From positions 1 to 51,787 of the forward strand of contig JBARYA010000186.1 of assembly GCA_049647625.1 (NCBI GenBank): DNA of 51,787 nt. Reading direction: 5' to 3'. Both the position numbers and the translations under genes were made by a program. Source of the stretch: Microbacteriaceae bacterium (GTDB lineage: Bacteria > Actinomycetota > Actinomycetes > Actinomycetales > Microbacteriaceae). A model generated the notes under the pieces. The model was given only the letters and a program-made list of their open reading frames with translations, ran no database searches and had not been told where the DNA came from. Below are positions 43,776 through 51,787 of the stretch, piece by piece; position 1 is the first letter of the stretch, and every line of letters begins with the position of its first letter.

Positions 43776-44405
43776 ATGATTCGTTCAAAATTTCCTCGAC
43801 CATTCCTCCTGTCTGGTGTCGTTCTTTCTGCACTCATTTTGGCGGGATGCGCATCCGATCCGCCAAATGAGCTGCCACCAACTTCGACTGAGACCCCAAC
43901 CGAAACAACTCAGGAAACTCAGAAGCCTGAAGAAACCGTGGCTCCTAAAGAGTGGGACACCATGAGTGTTGAGGAACGTTGCAAAATTGTGCTGGATCAA
44001 ATTCCTGAGGCAAGTGCAGATGATCTGATTCCACTCAGTGAATTCATGCTCGCGGAGCCCCTGAGTGGATCACTTACCCCAGATTGCCTGATCAAGATGG
44101 AATCTGGCAGTCTCCCCAAGCAAATGAGTATCTATTTGAACGGCAATGTCGGCCTGAAAGATGAAATCGTACGCGCATTGGGAACTATTTCTTTCTTCCC
44201 GTTCTCGAATTCAGCGACTCTCGCATCCTTGCAAAGTCAAGAAATTCCGGGAAATATGTTAGTCGAACACTGGGAAGCTGGAGCATTACTCGCCAATAGC
44301 CAAGCGGTAAAAGATATTAACCTCGATGGAAAAATCATCGTGATTCTGACGGCAATTTATGATCCAAACTTTGACCCAGAACTCCTGAACCAAAATAATG
44401 GTTAA
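43776..44405 (+). CDS. Hypothetical lipoprotein
   Basis: The signal peptide carries the lipobox LILAGC, followed by a T/E/P-rich linker. I recognise no family. The 3' end overlaps the hisD start by 8 nt. Confidence 0.6.
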   Translation: MIRSKFPRPFLLSGVVLSALILAGCASDPPNELPPTSTETPTETTQETQKPEETVAPKEWDTMSVEERCKIVLDQIPEASADDLIPLSEFMLAEPLSGSLTPDCLIKMESGSLPKQMSIYLNGNVGLKDEIVRALGTISFFPFSNSATLASLQSQEIPGNMLVEHWEAGALLANSQAVKDINLDGKIIVILTAIYDPNFDPELLNQNNG

Positions 44406-45708
44406 TCGCTTAGATCTACGCGGCAAAGAGGGCGATTCAACAACACTCTTGCCCCGTGCAGAATTCAGCATGGTTGAAGCAATTCCTTTGGCCCAGGCTG
44501 TGCTTGACGATGTAAGAACACGCGGCAGTATCGCGCTGCTCGAACAGGCAGAAAAATTCGATGGTGTGCGACCAGACTCAATTCGTGTTCCTTTAGAGGA
44601 AATTGAGCAGGCCCAAGAAACCCTTGATCCTCAGGTGCTTGCGGCATTAAACGAGTCAATATTTCGTGTGTCTGAGGCCGCCAAGAACCAGGTGCCACCG
44701 TTTCGGGAGACTCGCTTCAACGATGGAGCAATCGTTCAACAGCGCTGGCAAGCGGTCGAACGGGTGGGGCTCTATATCCCCGGTGGGAAAGCGGTATTGG
44801 TTTCTAGCGTTGTGATGAATGCTGTGACTGCCCAGGCCGCTGGAGTGAAAAGCATTGCTTTAGCCTCACCAGCTCAGGCGGAGTACGGTGGGCTTCCACA
44901 CCCGACCATTCTTGCAGCGGCCGGAATTTTGGGAATTACCGAGGTTTATGCCATGGGTGGGGCTGGTGCTATCGGCGCCTTTGCCTACGGTGTTGCAGAT
45001 CTCGGGCTTGAACCCGTGAGCGTGATTGCCGGTCCTGGAAATATTTTTGGTGCAGCTGCGAAGCGCATCGTTTCCTCAATGGTCGGAATCGATGCTGAAG
45101 CAGGTCCAACCGAGATTTTGATCATCGCCGATAACACTGCCGATGCAGAATTCATTGCGGCTGATCTATTGAGCCAGGCTGAGCACGACGAATTGGCTGC
45201 GGCTGTGTTGCTCAGCGATTCCGCAGAGCTGATTGATCGGGTAGAGCAGGCTCTTTCCCGGCAATTGGCTGAAACTCCAAATCGCGAGCGTGCTGCTATA
45301 GCACTCAGCGGTAAACAATCAGCCCTCATCCAGATGGATTCTCTGGCGGCCTGTGCCGAGCTCAGCAATGCGTATGCGCCGGAGCATCTTTCGTTGATTA
45401 CGCAGGATAATGATGCACTCCTCGAGCTCATCCAAAATGCCGGTGCAATCTTCATGGGCCCACACTCTCCGGTTTCTCTCGGGGATTATTTGGCCGGTTC
45501 AAATCACGTTCTTCCTACCGGAGGACAGGCACGGTATCGCTCTGGACTCTCGGTAGCGACTTTCCTCAGGCCTCAACAGATTATTCGTTATAACCAGGCA
45601 GGTCTGGCGGAGGTGGCGAAATTCACCCAAGACCTCGCCGAGGCAGAACACCTTCCTGCCCATGGCAATGCGATCGCCGTACGGTTTCTGCAAGATAAAG
45701 GTCAGTAG
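44398..45708 (+). CDS. hisD: Histidinol dehydrogenase
   Basis: Conserved HisD blocks (RVGLYIPGG, SQAEHDE, APEHL, YLAGSNHVLPTGG) in a 436-aa product. Confidence 0.93.
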   Translation: MVNRLDLRGKEGDSTTLLPRAEFSMVEAIPLAQAVLDDVRTRGSIALLEQAEKFDGVRPDSIRVPLEEIEQAQETLDPQVLAALNESIFRVSEAAKNQVPPFRETRFNDGAIVQQRWQAVERVGLYIPGGKAVLVSSVVMNAVTAQAAGVKSIALASPAQAEYGGLPHPTILAAAGILGITEVYAMGGAGAIGAFAYGVADLGLEPVSVIAGPGNIFGAAAKRIVSSMVGIDAEAGPTEILIIADNTADAEFIAADLLSQAEHDELAAAVLLSDSAELIDRVEQALSRQLAETPNRERAAIALSGKQSALIQMDSLAACAELSNAYAPEHLSLITQDNDALLELIQNAGAIFMGPHSPVSLGDYLAGSNHVLPTGGQARYRSGLSVATFLRPQQIIRYNQAGLAEVAKFTQDLAEAEHLPAHGNAIAVRFLQDKGQ

Positions 45709-45717
45709 AATAGCACT

Positions 45718-46188
45718 ATGTTCTGCCCCTTTTGCCGGCATCCAGATAGCCGGGTTGTAGATTCACGCACCAGTGATGATGGCACTTCGATTCGTCGGCG
45801 CCGTCAATGTCCTGAGTGCGGACGCAGATTTTCGACCACAGAAACTGCCTCACTCTCCGTTGCAAAACGGAACGGGGTTGTTGAACCCTTTAGTCGTGAG
45901 AAAATCGAATCTGGTATTCGCAAAGCCTGCCAGGGTCGTCCTGTGACCGATAGCGATCTCGCGGTATTGGCGCAAAAAGTTGAAGAAACCTTGCGAATGA
46001 CCGGTGCAAATCAGATCGACTCTGACGATATTGGGCTGGCAATTCTCGAGCCACTTCGAGATCTCGATGAGGTAGCATATCTGCGCTTCGCGAGTGTTTA
46101 CCAAGGCTTTGATTCGCTCGATGATTTTGAAAAATCTATTGCACAATTGCGATTGGATCATTCGCATCGTAACCAGGAAGAACTCTAA
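45718..46188 (+). CDS. nrdR: Transcriptional repressor NrdR
   Basis: Zinc ribbon MFCPFCRH...[12 protein letters not shown] followed by an ATP-cone. Confidence 0.95.
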   Translation: MFCPFCRHPDSRVVDSRTSDDGTSIRRRRQCPECGRRFSTTETASLSVAKRNGVVEPFSREKIESGIRKACQGRPVTDSDLAVLAQKVEETLRMTGANQIDSDDIGLAILEPLRDLDEVAYLRFASVYQGFDSLDDFEKSIAQLRLDHSHRNQEEL

Positions 46189-46197
46189 AACTCGATT

Positions 46198-47181
46198 ATG
46201 TATTCTCTGCTGTTCAATACCGTAATTTCGAGGCTGGACGCCGAATTTGCTCACAAGCTTGCCGGATTAGTCTTGCGCGTCCTTCCTAGAACAAAGATTT
46301 CAACTGAGCCTCGTGGCGGATCGGTCGAGACTCTTGGTCTCACCTTTCAAAACCGCCTGGGCATGGCCGCCGGTTTTGATAAAGATGGTCGCTATCTTGC
46401 TGCACTCTCTCGTCGAGGATTCGGGCATATCGAGATCGGCACTGTAACTGCTGAGGCACAAGCGGGTAACCCTCAGCCACGATTGTTCCGTTTGGTTGAA
46501 GAACGGGCAATTATTAATCGAATGGGATTCAACAACCGCGGCGCCGCGGCGCTGGCTTCCCGCTTGAAGAAATTTCGGCCAAAACATCCGAATATTATTA
46601 TTGGGGCCAATATCGGCAAAACGAAGAACGTCGAAATTGAACACGCGATTGCGGATTACCTCACCAGCACCGATCTTCTTGCCGGACTCTGCGACTATCT
46701 GGTCGTGAACGTCAGCTCTCCGAATACCCCAGGATTGCGTGGTCTGCAGGAACTCGACCATCTAGAACCACTGCTGAAAGCAATTCGGGAACGGGCTGGC
46801 AAGACGCCACTTTTGGTAAAGATTGCTCCCGACCTGCCGGATGAGCAAGTGGAGAAAATTGCCGAGCTTGCAGTGTCACTTGGGCTGAATGGGATTATTG
46901 CGACCAATACCACCATCTCGCGTGAAGACATTCCTTTGGGTCGGAAGAATCGAGACGAGGCTGGCGGTCTTTCTGGGCCTCAATTGTCGAAACGCTCAGT
47001 AGAGATCTTGCGCATTTTGCGAAGCCACGTTCCAGAAGAGTTCTGCCTTATTTCGGTGGGCGGAATAAGCAATCAAGCAGATTTTGAAGAGAGAATTGCA
47101 CACGGTGCCACCCTGGTTCAGGGGTATACCGGATTTATCTACCAGGGTCCACAATGGCCGAAACAGATTCTCCAGCCCTAA
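46198..47181 (+). CDS. pyrD: Dihydroorotate dehydrogenase (quinone), class 2
   Basis: Blocks GFDKDG, IEIGTVT, NPQPRLFRL, NVSSPNTPGLR and GGLSG. Confidence 0.92.
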   Translation: MYSLLFNTVISRLDAEFAHKLAGLVLRVLPRTKISTEPRGGSVETLGLTFQNRLGMAAGFDKDGRYLAALSRRGFGHIEIGTVTAEAQAGNPQPRLFRLVEERAIINRMGFNNRGAAALASRLKKFRPKHPNIIIGANIGKTKNVEIEHAIADYLTSTDLLAGLCDYLVVNVSSPNTPGLRGLQELDHLEPLLKAIRERAGKTPLLVKIAPDLPDEQVEKIAELAVSLGLNGIIATNTTISREDIPLGRKNRDEAGGLSGPQLSKRSVEILRILRSHVPEEFCLISVGGISNQADFEERIAHGATLVQGYTGFIYQGPQWPKQILQP

Positions 47182-47188
47182 ACCTTAA

Positions 47189-47229
47189 ATATTTTGGCCC
47201 AAGCGCTTAAGCACTTGGGCCAAAAATAT
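47189..47229. terminator. Bidirectional rho-independent terminator
   Basis: ATATTTTGGCCCAAG-loop-CTTGGGCCAAAAATAT, with near-perfect arms flanked by T/A tracts. It lies between convergent pyrD and the DUF3043 gene. Confidence 0.75.
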
Positions 47230-47240
47230 AAAGTCGGAAA

Positions 47241-47804
47241 CTAGCTTGGCCACTGGCCATACTTGGTCTGTGGTTTCGGCAAGCGCAGGATACGCATCTG
47301 TACCGCCCGCATCGCTGCATACCACTTGGTACCCTTTTGGATTTTATCGGCACCAAATTTTACACTGAGTCGTTTGGTGAGCTGGCGACCCATAATGAGT
47401 GCATCAACAATGGCGGCAAGTACGAATGCCCACATCGAGATCATGGCGTAATAGACAATGGTTTCGTTCGGAATAGACATCACCAAAATCACCACAATCA
47501 TGACCGGTATCAGCACTTCACCGATGCTAAAACGCGCATCCACCCAATCACGGATAAAACGACGCTGTTCGCCCTTGTCACGAGGGAGAAGGAATCGCTC
47601 TTCGCCTCGGGCCATGCCTTCCTGAGCCTTGGCTCGGGAAGCTTTGACCTGATCCTTGTGTGCTTTTTTATCCACAATAAGTGGACGTCGGTTCTGGGCC
47701 TCGCGCTCAGCGCGGGTAGGAGTTGGTCGACCCTTTTTGTCTTGTGGGTTCTGCGGCGAATCTGCCACGACTGCCGGGGTTACTTCTTTATTGTTCTTAG
47801 ACAC
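47241..47804 (-). CDS. DUF3043 family membrane protein
   Basis: A basic N-terminal region (KKGRPTPTRAEREAQNRRP) followed by two TM helices, which is the typical actinobacterial DUF3043 layout. Confidence 0.75.
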   Translation of the reverse strand: MSKNNKEVTPAVVADSPQNPQDKKGRPTPTRAEREAQNRRPLIVDKKAHKDQVKASRAKAQEGMARGEERFLLPRDKGEQRRFIRDWVDARFSIGEVLIPVMIVVILVMSIPNETIVYYAMISMWAFVLAAIVDALIMGRQLTKRLSVKFGADKIQKGTKWYAAMRAVQMRILRLPKPQTKYGQWPS

Positions 47805-47887
47805 GCTTCATCCTCAAAGTTCTTCAATCATGAATAAGATTAGCAGTAGGAACTGAAGCCATATTCAAAAATGATGGAGAGCACACT

Positions 47888-49273
47888 ATGAGCCAAGAGA
47901 TTTCGGGAAATGAACTGCATAATGCTGTTGAGTTGAACTTTGCACACACGATTGCAGAACTTTCGAATCTGGTGAGAATTCCTTCAGTCTCATGGGATGG
48001 CTATGACCAAGAACAGGTGCAGCACAGTGCTGAATATGTTGCCAATCTCTTCTCAGAGCTCGGAGTTTTCGAGCGAGTCACTATTGAACGATCCACCGAA
48101 AGCAATGGAAATCTGGGACGCCCAGCCGTATTGGCCAGCCGAAAGGCAAAGAATGGCCGGCCAAGCATCCTGCTCTATGCACACCACGATGTTCAACCCT
48201 GGGGAAATGAAGCAGATTGGTTGACTCCTCCTTTTGAGCCAAGCCTCAAGGGGGAGCGTCTGTACGGACGAGGCGCCTCGGATGATAAGGCCGGCGTGAT
48301 GGTTCACTATGCAGCGATTCAAGCCCTCAGTGAAAGCCAAGGAGCCGATTTTGATCTCGGCATTACCGTATTTATTGAGGGCGAAGAAGAACACGGTTCC
48401 CGATCATTCGCCAATTTCTTGAGCGACCATGCGGATGTTCTGAACGCTGAGGTCATTATTGTGGCAGATTCAGATAACTGGGACACCGAAACCCCCTCGT
48501 TGACTGTTGCGCTTCGCGGCAATGTGGCTTTTGTGCTCACGGTGAAAACTCTTGAACACGCTTCTCATTCAGGAATGTACGGCGGTGCAGCCCCGGATGC
48601 TCCACTGGCTGCAATCCGGTTGCTCAACTCGCTCTGGAACGAAGATGGCTCAGTGGCCGTTGCCGGGCTCATCAGCCGGGAAGGGGCGGTTCCTGAATTC
48701 ACTGAAGCAGAACTCGCAACTGATGCGGGATTCTCTACCGGAGTGCAGAGCATTGGTAGCGGGGAAGTGCTGAGCAGAATTTGGAATCAAGCAGCCATAA
48801 CCGTCACCGGCATGGATATTCCCAGTGTCCGGGACGCTTCGAACACGCTGACCCCCGAGGTTCGGGTCAAGATTTCAGCCCGAATTGCACCGGGTCAGGA
48901 TGCTGCTGAGGCGTATCAGAGTCTGAAAGCCCATCTCGAAGCGAACGCCCCGTTCGGTGCTCATCTCGAGTTCAACGACATTGATCTTGGCAACCCATTC
49001 CTCGTCGATACTTCAGGTGAATACGTAGCCGAGATGAAAACAGCAATGGCAGAAGGCTGGGGTAAGGAGCCGGTTGAGACGGGAATCGGTGGTTCAATCC
49101 CGTTCATTGCTGATCTGGTACGGATGTTCCCGGCAGCACAAATTCTGGTAACCGGTGTTGAAGATCCGGGAACCATGGCTCATAGTCCCAATGAATCCCA
49201 GCATCTCGGTGTGCTCAGAAAAGCGATCCATACTGAGGCCATTCTGCTAGCCCGATTGAATCAAAAGTCTTAG
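47888..49273 (+). CDS. M20 family metallopeptidase (dipeptidase, Rv2141c-like)
   Basis: Metal-binding blocks YAHHDVQP, GRGASDDKAG and EGEEEHGS. A GGAGAG SD is present. Confidence 0.85.
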   Translation: MSQEISGNELHNAVELNFAHTIAELSNLVRIPSVSWDGYDQEQVQHSAEYVANLFSELGVFERVTIERSTESNGNLGRPAVLASRKAKNGRPSILLYAHHDVQPWGNEADWLTPPFEPSLKGERLYGRGASDDKAGVMVHYAAIQALSESQGADFDLGITVFIEGEEEHGSRSFANFLSDHADVLNAEVIIVADSDNWDTETPSLTVALRGNVAFVLTVKTLEHASHSGMYGGAAPDAPLAAIRLLNSLWNEDGSVAVAGLISREGAVPEFTEAELATDAGFSTGVQSIGSGEVLSRIWNQAAITVTGMDIPSVRDASNTLTPEVRVKISARIAPGQDAAEAYQSLKAHLEANAPFGAHLEFNDIDLGNPFLVDTSGEYVAEMKTAMAEGWGKEPVETGIGGSIPFIADLVRMFPAAQILVTGVEDPGTMAHSPNESQHLGVLRKAIHTEAILLARLNQKS

Positions 49274-49280
49274 GGCTGCT

Positions 49281-49307
49281 GGTTGAGCGAATAAGCACGG
49301 CTCAACC
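49281..49307 (+). terminator. Possible terminator hairpin after the M20 peptidase gene
   Basis: An 8-bp stem GGTTGAGC / GCTCAACC with an 11-nt loop. No clear U-tract follows. Confidence 0.35.
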
Positions 49308-49367
49308 CTGCAAAATTTCCGCCAAGCGGGTAGAATTGCTTTCGAAGACATTCATGAAAGGTACGAA

Positions 49368-49712
49368 ATGACTGTACAAAATCTGGGTCACGGGGTAACC
49401 ATTAGCGATACCGCTGCACAAAAGGTTCGTAGCCTCCTTGAACGCGAGGGTCGTGACGATTTACGTCTGCGTTTGGCGGTACAGCCCGGGGGATGCTCTG
49501 GTCTTATCTACCAACTCTATTTTGATCAAACTCTGTCCGATGATGATGCCCTGATGGATTATGACGGTGTTGAGGTCGTTGTCGACAAAATGAGTGTTCC
49601 TTATCTTGAGGGTGCATCGGTTGACTACGAAGACACCATTATGAAGCAAGGTTTTACCATCGATAATCCAAATGCTGATGGAAGTTGTGCTTGTGGGGAT
49701 TCTTTCCACTAA
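49368..49712 (+). CDS. HesB/IscA-family iron-sulfur cluster insertion protein (ErpA-like)
   Basis: The 114-aa product has GGCSG and a C-terminal CACGDSF cysteine motif. Confidence 0.88.
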   Translation: MTVQNLGHGVTISDTAAQKVRSLLEREGRDDLRLRLAVQPGGCSGLIYQLYFDQTLSDDDALMDYDGVEVVVDKMSVPYLEGASVDYEDTIMKQGFTIDNPNADGSCACGDSFH

Positions 49713-49867
49713 ATTCAAGCAAAATCTGGGATTTATCTGCAGGGAAACGGTAGATGATTCCAGACATTGATGCCTGTCGTGTCAGCGGCAGGGCAAATCT
49801 AGCGCTAGGCTAGAAGGTAGTCGTTAGTGGCTATCAGAAGTTAAAAAGACATTGCGAAGGGTTGGAA

Positions 49868-50737
49868 GTGCGATCTAATCGTAAGGCCAAATTATTGGCT
49901 CTACCAGGTGCGGGGCTCGCGGCTCTATTCTTAGCGGGATGTTCATCCGAACAAATCGCTCGTGGATGGATGCCAGGCGAAGCCGGGGTAACAAATCATA
50001 CCGATGCGATCACCGGACTCTGGGTTAACGCCTGGATCATTTTGCTCGGTGTTGGCGTCATTGTTTGGGGCCTCGTAATCTTTGCAGTCATTGCGTATCG
50101 CAGGCGCAAGGGACAGACTGGTCTGCCTCCTCAGATGCGCTACAACATGCCGGTTGAAATCTTTTTCACCCTGGTGCCACTCATCCTCATCTTGGGCATG
50201 TTTGCCTTTACCCTTCGGGTACAGACCCCTCTCGAGGTTCGTCATGAAAGCCCGGATGTAACAGTTGAGGTCTACGCAAAGCAGTGGGCTTGGGACTTTA
50301 ACTACCTCAACAAAGATGGCACTCCGAATGTCTATGACACCGGTATCCAGATTCAACCCACCGATGGCGTCGGAGCGTACTATCAGGATGAGAACCTTCC
50401 AAGACTGTATCTTCCCGTTGGCAAGCAGGTTGAACTTCAGCTCAAGTCTCGTGACGTAGCTCACTCATTCTGGGTCATTGAATTCTTGTACAAGAAGGAC
50501 TTGATTCCGTTCAAGACCAACTACATGTCCTTCATCCCTCAAAAAGAGGGTGTCTATATGGGCAAGTGTGCTGAGCTTTGTGGCCAGTACCACTCTGCAA
50601 TGCTTTTTGAAATCGTCGTTGTATCAGAGGCCGAGTATGAGGCGCACCTCAAGAGTCTGCCAGAAGGCCGTCTTGGCGATGAATACAACCGTGACGTTAT
50701 CACTTGGGAACAGCCTTGGCTGGAGGAAAGTAAGTAA
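49868..50737 (+). CDS. ctaC: Cytochrome c oxidase (aa3) subunit II
   Basis: CuA motif [12 protein letters not shown]. The N-terminal signal carries the lipobox LAGC, followed by two TM segments. The GTG at 49868 lies 7 nt after AAGG; the track's TTG at 49862 is too close to the SD. Confidence 0.9.
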   Translation: MRSNRKAKLLALPGAGLAALFLAGCSSEQIARGWMPGEAGVTNHTDAITGLWVNAWIILLGVGVIVWGLVIFAVIAYRRRKGQTGLPPQMRYNMPVEIFFTLVPLILILGMFAFTLRVQTPLEVRHESPDVTVEVYAKQWAWDFNYLNKDGTPNVYDTGIQIQPTDGVGAYYQDENLPRLYLPVGKQVELQLKSRDVAHSFWVIEFLYKKDLIPFKTNYMSFIPQKEGVYMGKCAELCGQYHSAMLFEIVVVSEAEYEAHLKSLPEGRLGDEYNRDVITWEQPWLEESK

Positions 50738-50739
50738 AC

Positions 50740-51787
50740 ATGTCTATCGCAACACATAACAAGGGCAATAAGTTGGTCAAGTGGTTTACCTCCACTGATC
50801 ACAAGACCATCGGGTTAATGTACCTGGTGACCTCCTTCATCTTCTTCCTTCTCGGTGGCGTTATGGCACTGGTTATTCGTGCACAGCTCTGGGCGCCTGG
50901 TATCCAGGTCGTTCAGAACGAAGAGCAGTACAACCAGCTCTTTACCATGCACGGAACGATCATGTTGCTGATGTTTGCTACCCCACTCTTTGCGGGCTTC
51001 GCGAACTATATCTTGCCGCTGCAAATTGGTGCTCCTGACGTTGCGTTCCCAAGACTCAACGCCTTTGCCTACTGGCTCTTCACTTTCGGTTCCTTGATCG
51101 CACTGAGCGGATTCCTCACCCCACAGGGTGCGGCATCCTTCGGCTGGTTTGCGTATGCTCCGCTCTCTACTGAGACCTACTCTCCAGGCCTTGGCGGGAA
51201 CTTGTGGGTACTGGGCCTTGGCCTATCCGGTTTCGGAACCATTCTCGGTGCGGTGAACTTCATTACCACCATCATCACCATGCGTGCTCCAGGTATGACC
51301 ATGTGGCGTATGTCGATCTTCAGCTGGAATACGCTGATCACCTCGATTCTCGTATTGATTGCGTTCCCAGTTCTGGCCGCAGCCATGCTGGCATTGGCGA
51401 GTGATCGAGTGTTTGGTTCCCATGTCTATACGGGGGATGGCGGAGCTATTCTCTGGCAGCACCTCTTCTGGTTCTTCGGACACCCCGAGGTGTACATTAT
51501 TGCGCTGCCGTTCTTCGGTATCGTTTCTGAAGTGTTCCCGGTCTTCTCACGCAAGCCAATCTTCGGATACAAGACTCTGGTCTATGCAACGATCTCCATT
51601 GCCGCTCTTTCGGTAACCGTATGGGCACACCATATGTATGTCACCGGTTCGGTCATGCTACCGTTCTTTGCTCTGATGACCATGCTGATTGCTGTGCCGA
51701 CGGGTGTGAAGATCTTTAACTGGATTGGTACCCTCTGGCAGGGCTCCATCACCATGGAAACTCCAATGCTTTGGGCTATCGGGTTCC
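50740..51787 (+). CDS. ctaD: Cytochrome c oxidase subunit I (5' portion, continues beyond the window)
   Basis: Hand translation from the ATG at 50740 gives [30 protein letters not shown]...[12 protein letters not shown]...[10 protein letters not shown]...WAHHMYV, with no stop before the window end. It is missing from the ORF track because there is no stop codon. Confidence 0.93.
   Translation, partial: MSIATHNKGNKLVKWFTSTDHKTIGLMYLVTSFIFFLLGGVMALVIRAQLWAPGIQVVQNEEQYNQLFTMHGTIMLLMFATPLFAGFANYILPLQIGAPDVAFPRLNAFAYWLFTFGSLIALSGFLTPQGAASFGWFAYAPLSTETYSPGLGGNLWVLGLGLSGFGTILGAVNFITTIITMRAPGMTMWRMSIFSWNTLITSILVLIAFPVLAAAMLALASDRVFGSHVYTGDGGAILWQHLFWFFGHPEVYIIALPFFGIVSEVFPVFSRKPIFGYKTLVYATISIAALSVTVWAHHMYVTGSVMLPFFALMTMLIAVPTGVKIFNWIGTLWQGSITMETPMLWAIGF

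Noticed and set aside
1-51787. A window-wide look for tRNA/rRNA genes, CRISPR repeats, IS elements or transposases, integrases, prophage genes, toxin-antitoxin pairs and defence systems.
   Set aside because: No intergenic region has tRNA-like arms, and there are no regularly spaced repeats other than the 10-bp mraZ array. Every large ORF has a housekeeping assignment, so the region appears to be core chromosome.

Overview
The window reads as a contiguous core chromosomal segment of an actinobacterium. By eye it has moderate GC, frequent GTG/TTG starts, very short intergenic gaps and many 1-4 nt start/stop overlaps. This suggests a streamlined Micrococcales/Microbacteriaceae-like genome, but that assignment is inference only. 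I found no rRNA, tRNA, CRISPR array, transposase, integrase or phage gene.

Content from left to right:
- A divergent TetR/MFS efflux pair with a perfect palindromic operator.
- LOG, mscL, and a pgsA2-garA/odhI-MerR(FtsR-like)-MerR module.
- An orphan ParA-like ATPase, pyruvate carboxylase, and a second MinD/ParA-like ATPase.
- fadD, plsC, class II DAHP synthase, a PASTA Ser/Thr kinase, a LysM/SLT-like wall hydrolase, an Rv2175c-like DNA binder, a polyprenyl synthase and a DUF3040 protein.
- A complete dcw cluster (mraZ-rsmH-ftsL-ftsI-murE-murF-mraY-[murD slot]-ftsW-murG-murC-ftsQ-ftsZ-sepF-yggT-divIVA).
- lspA-rluD-dnaE, a lipoprotein, hisD, nrdR, pyrD, DUF3043, an M20 peptidase, a HesB/IscA protein, ctaC and the 5' part of ctaD. 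The ctaD fragment is missing from the ORF track.

The most unusual observation is that the ORF in the murD position is a Mur-ligase homolog. It has lost the ATP P-loop and other catalytic motifs, and it lacks the whole C-terminal domain. Other points worth a second look are:
- a four-unit 10-bp direct-repeat array (candidate MraZ boxes) upstream of mraZ;
- a structured 113-nt spacer upstream of rsmH (candidate mraW RNA motif);
- a near-consensus parS-like site close to the orphan ParA gene;
- ftsZ abutting sepF without pgeF/yggS.
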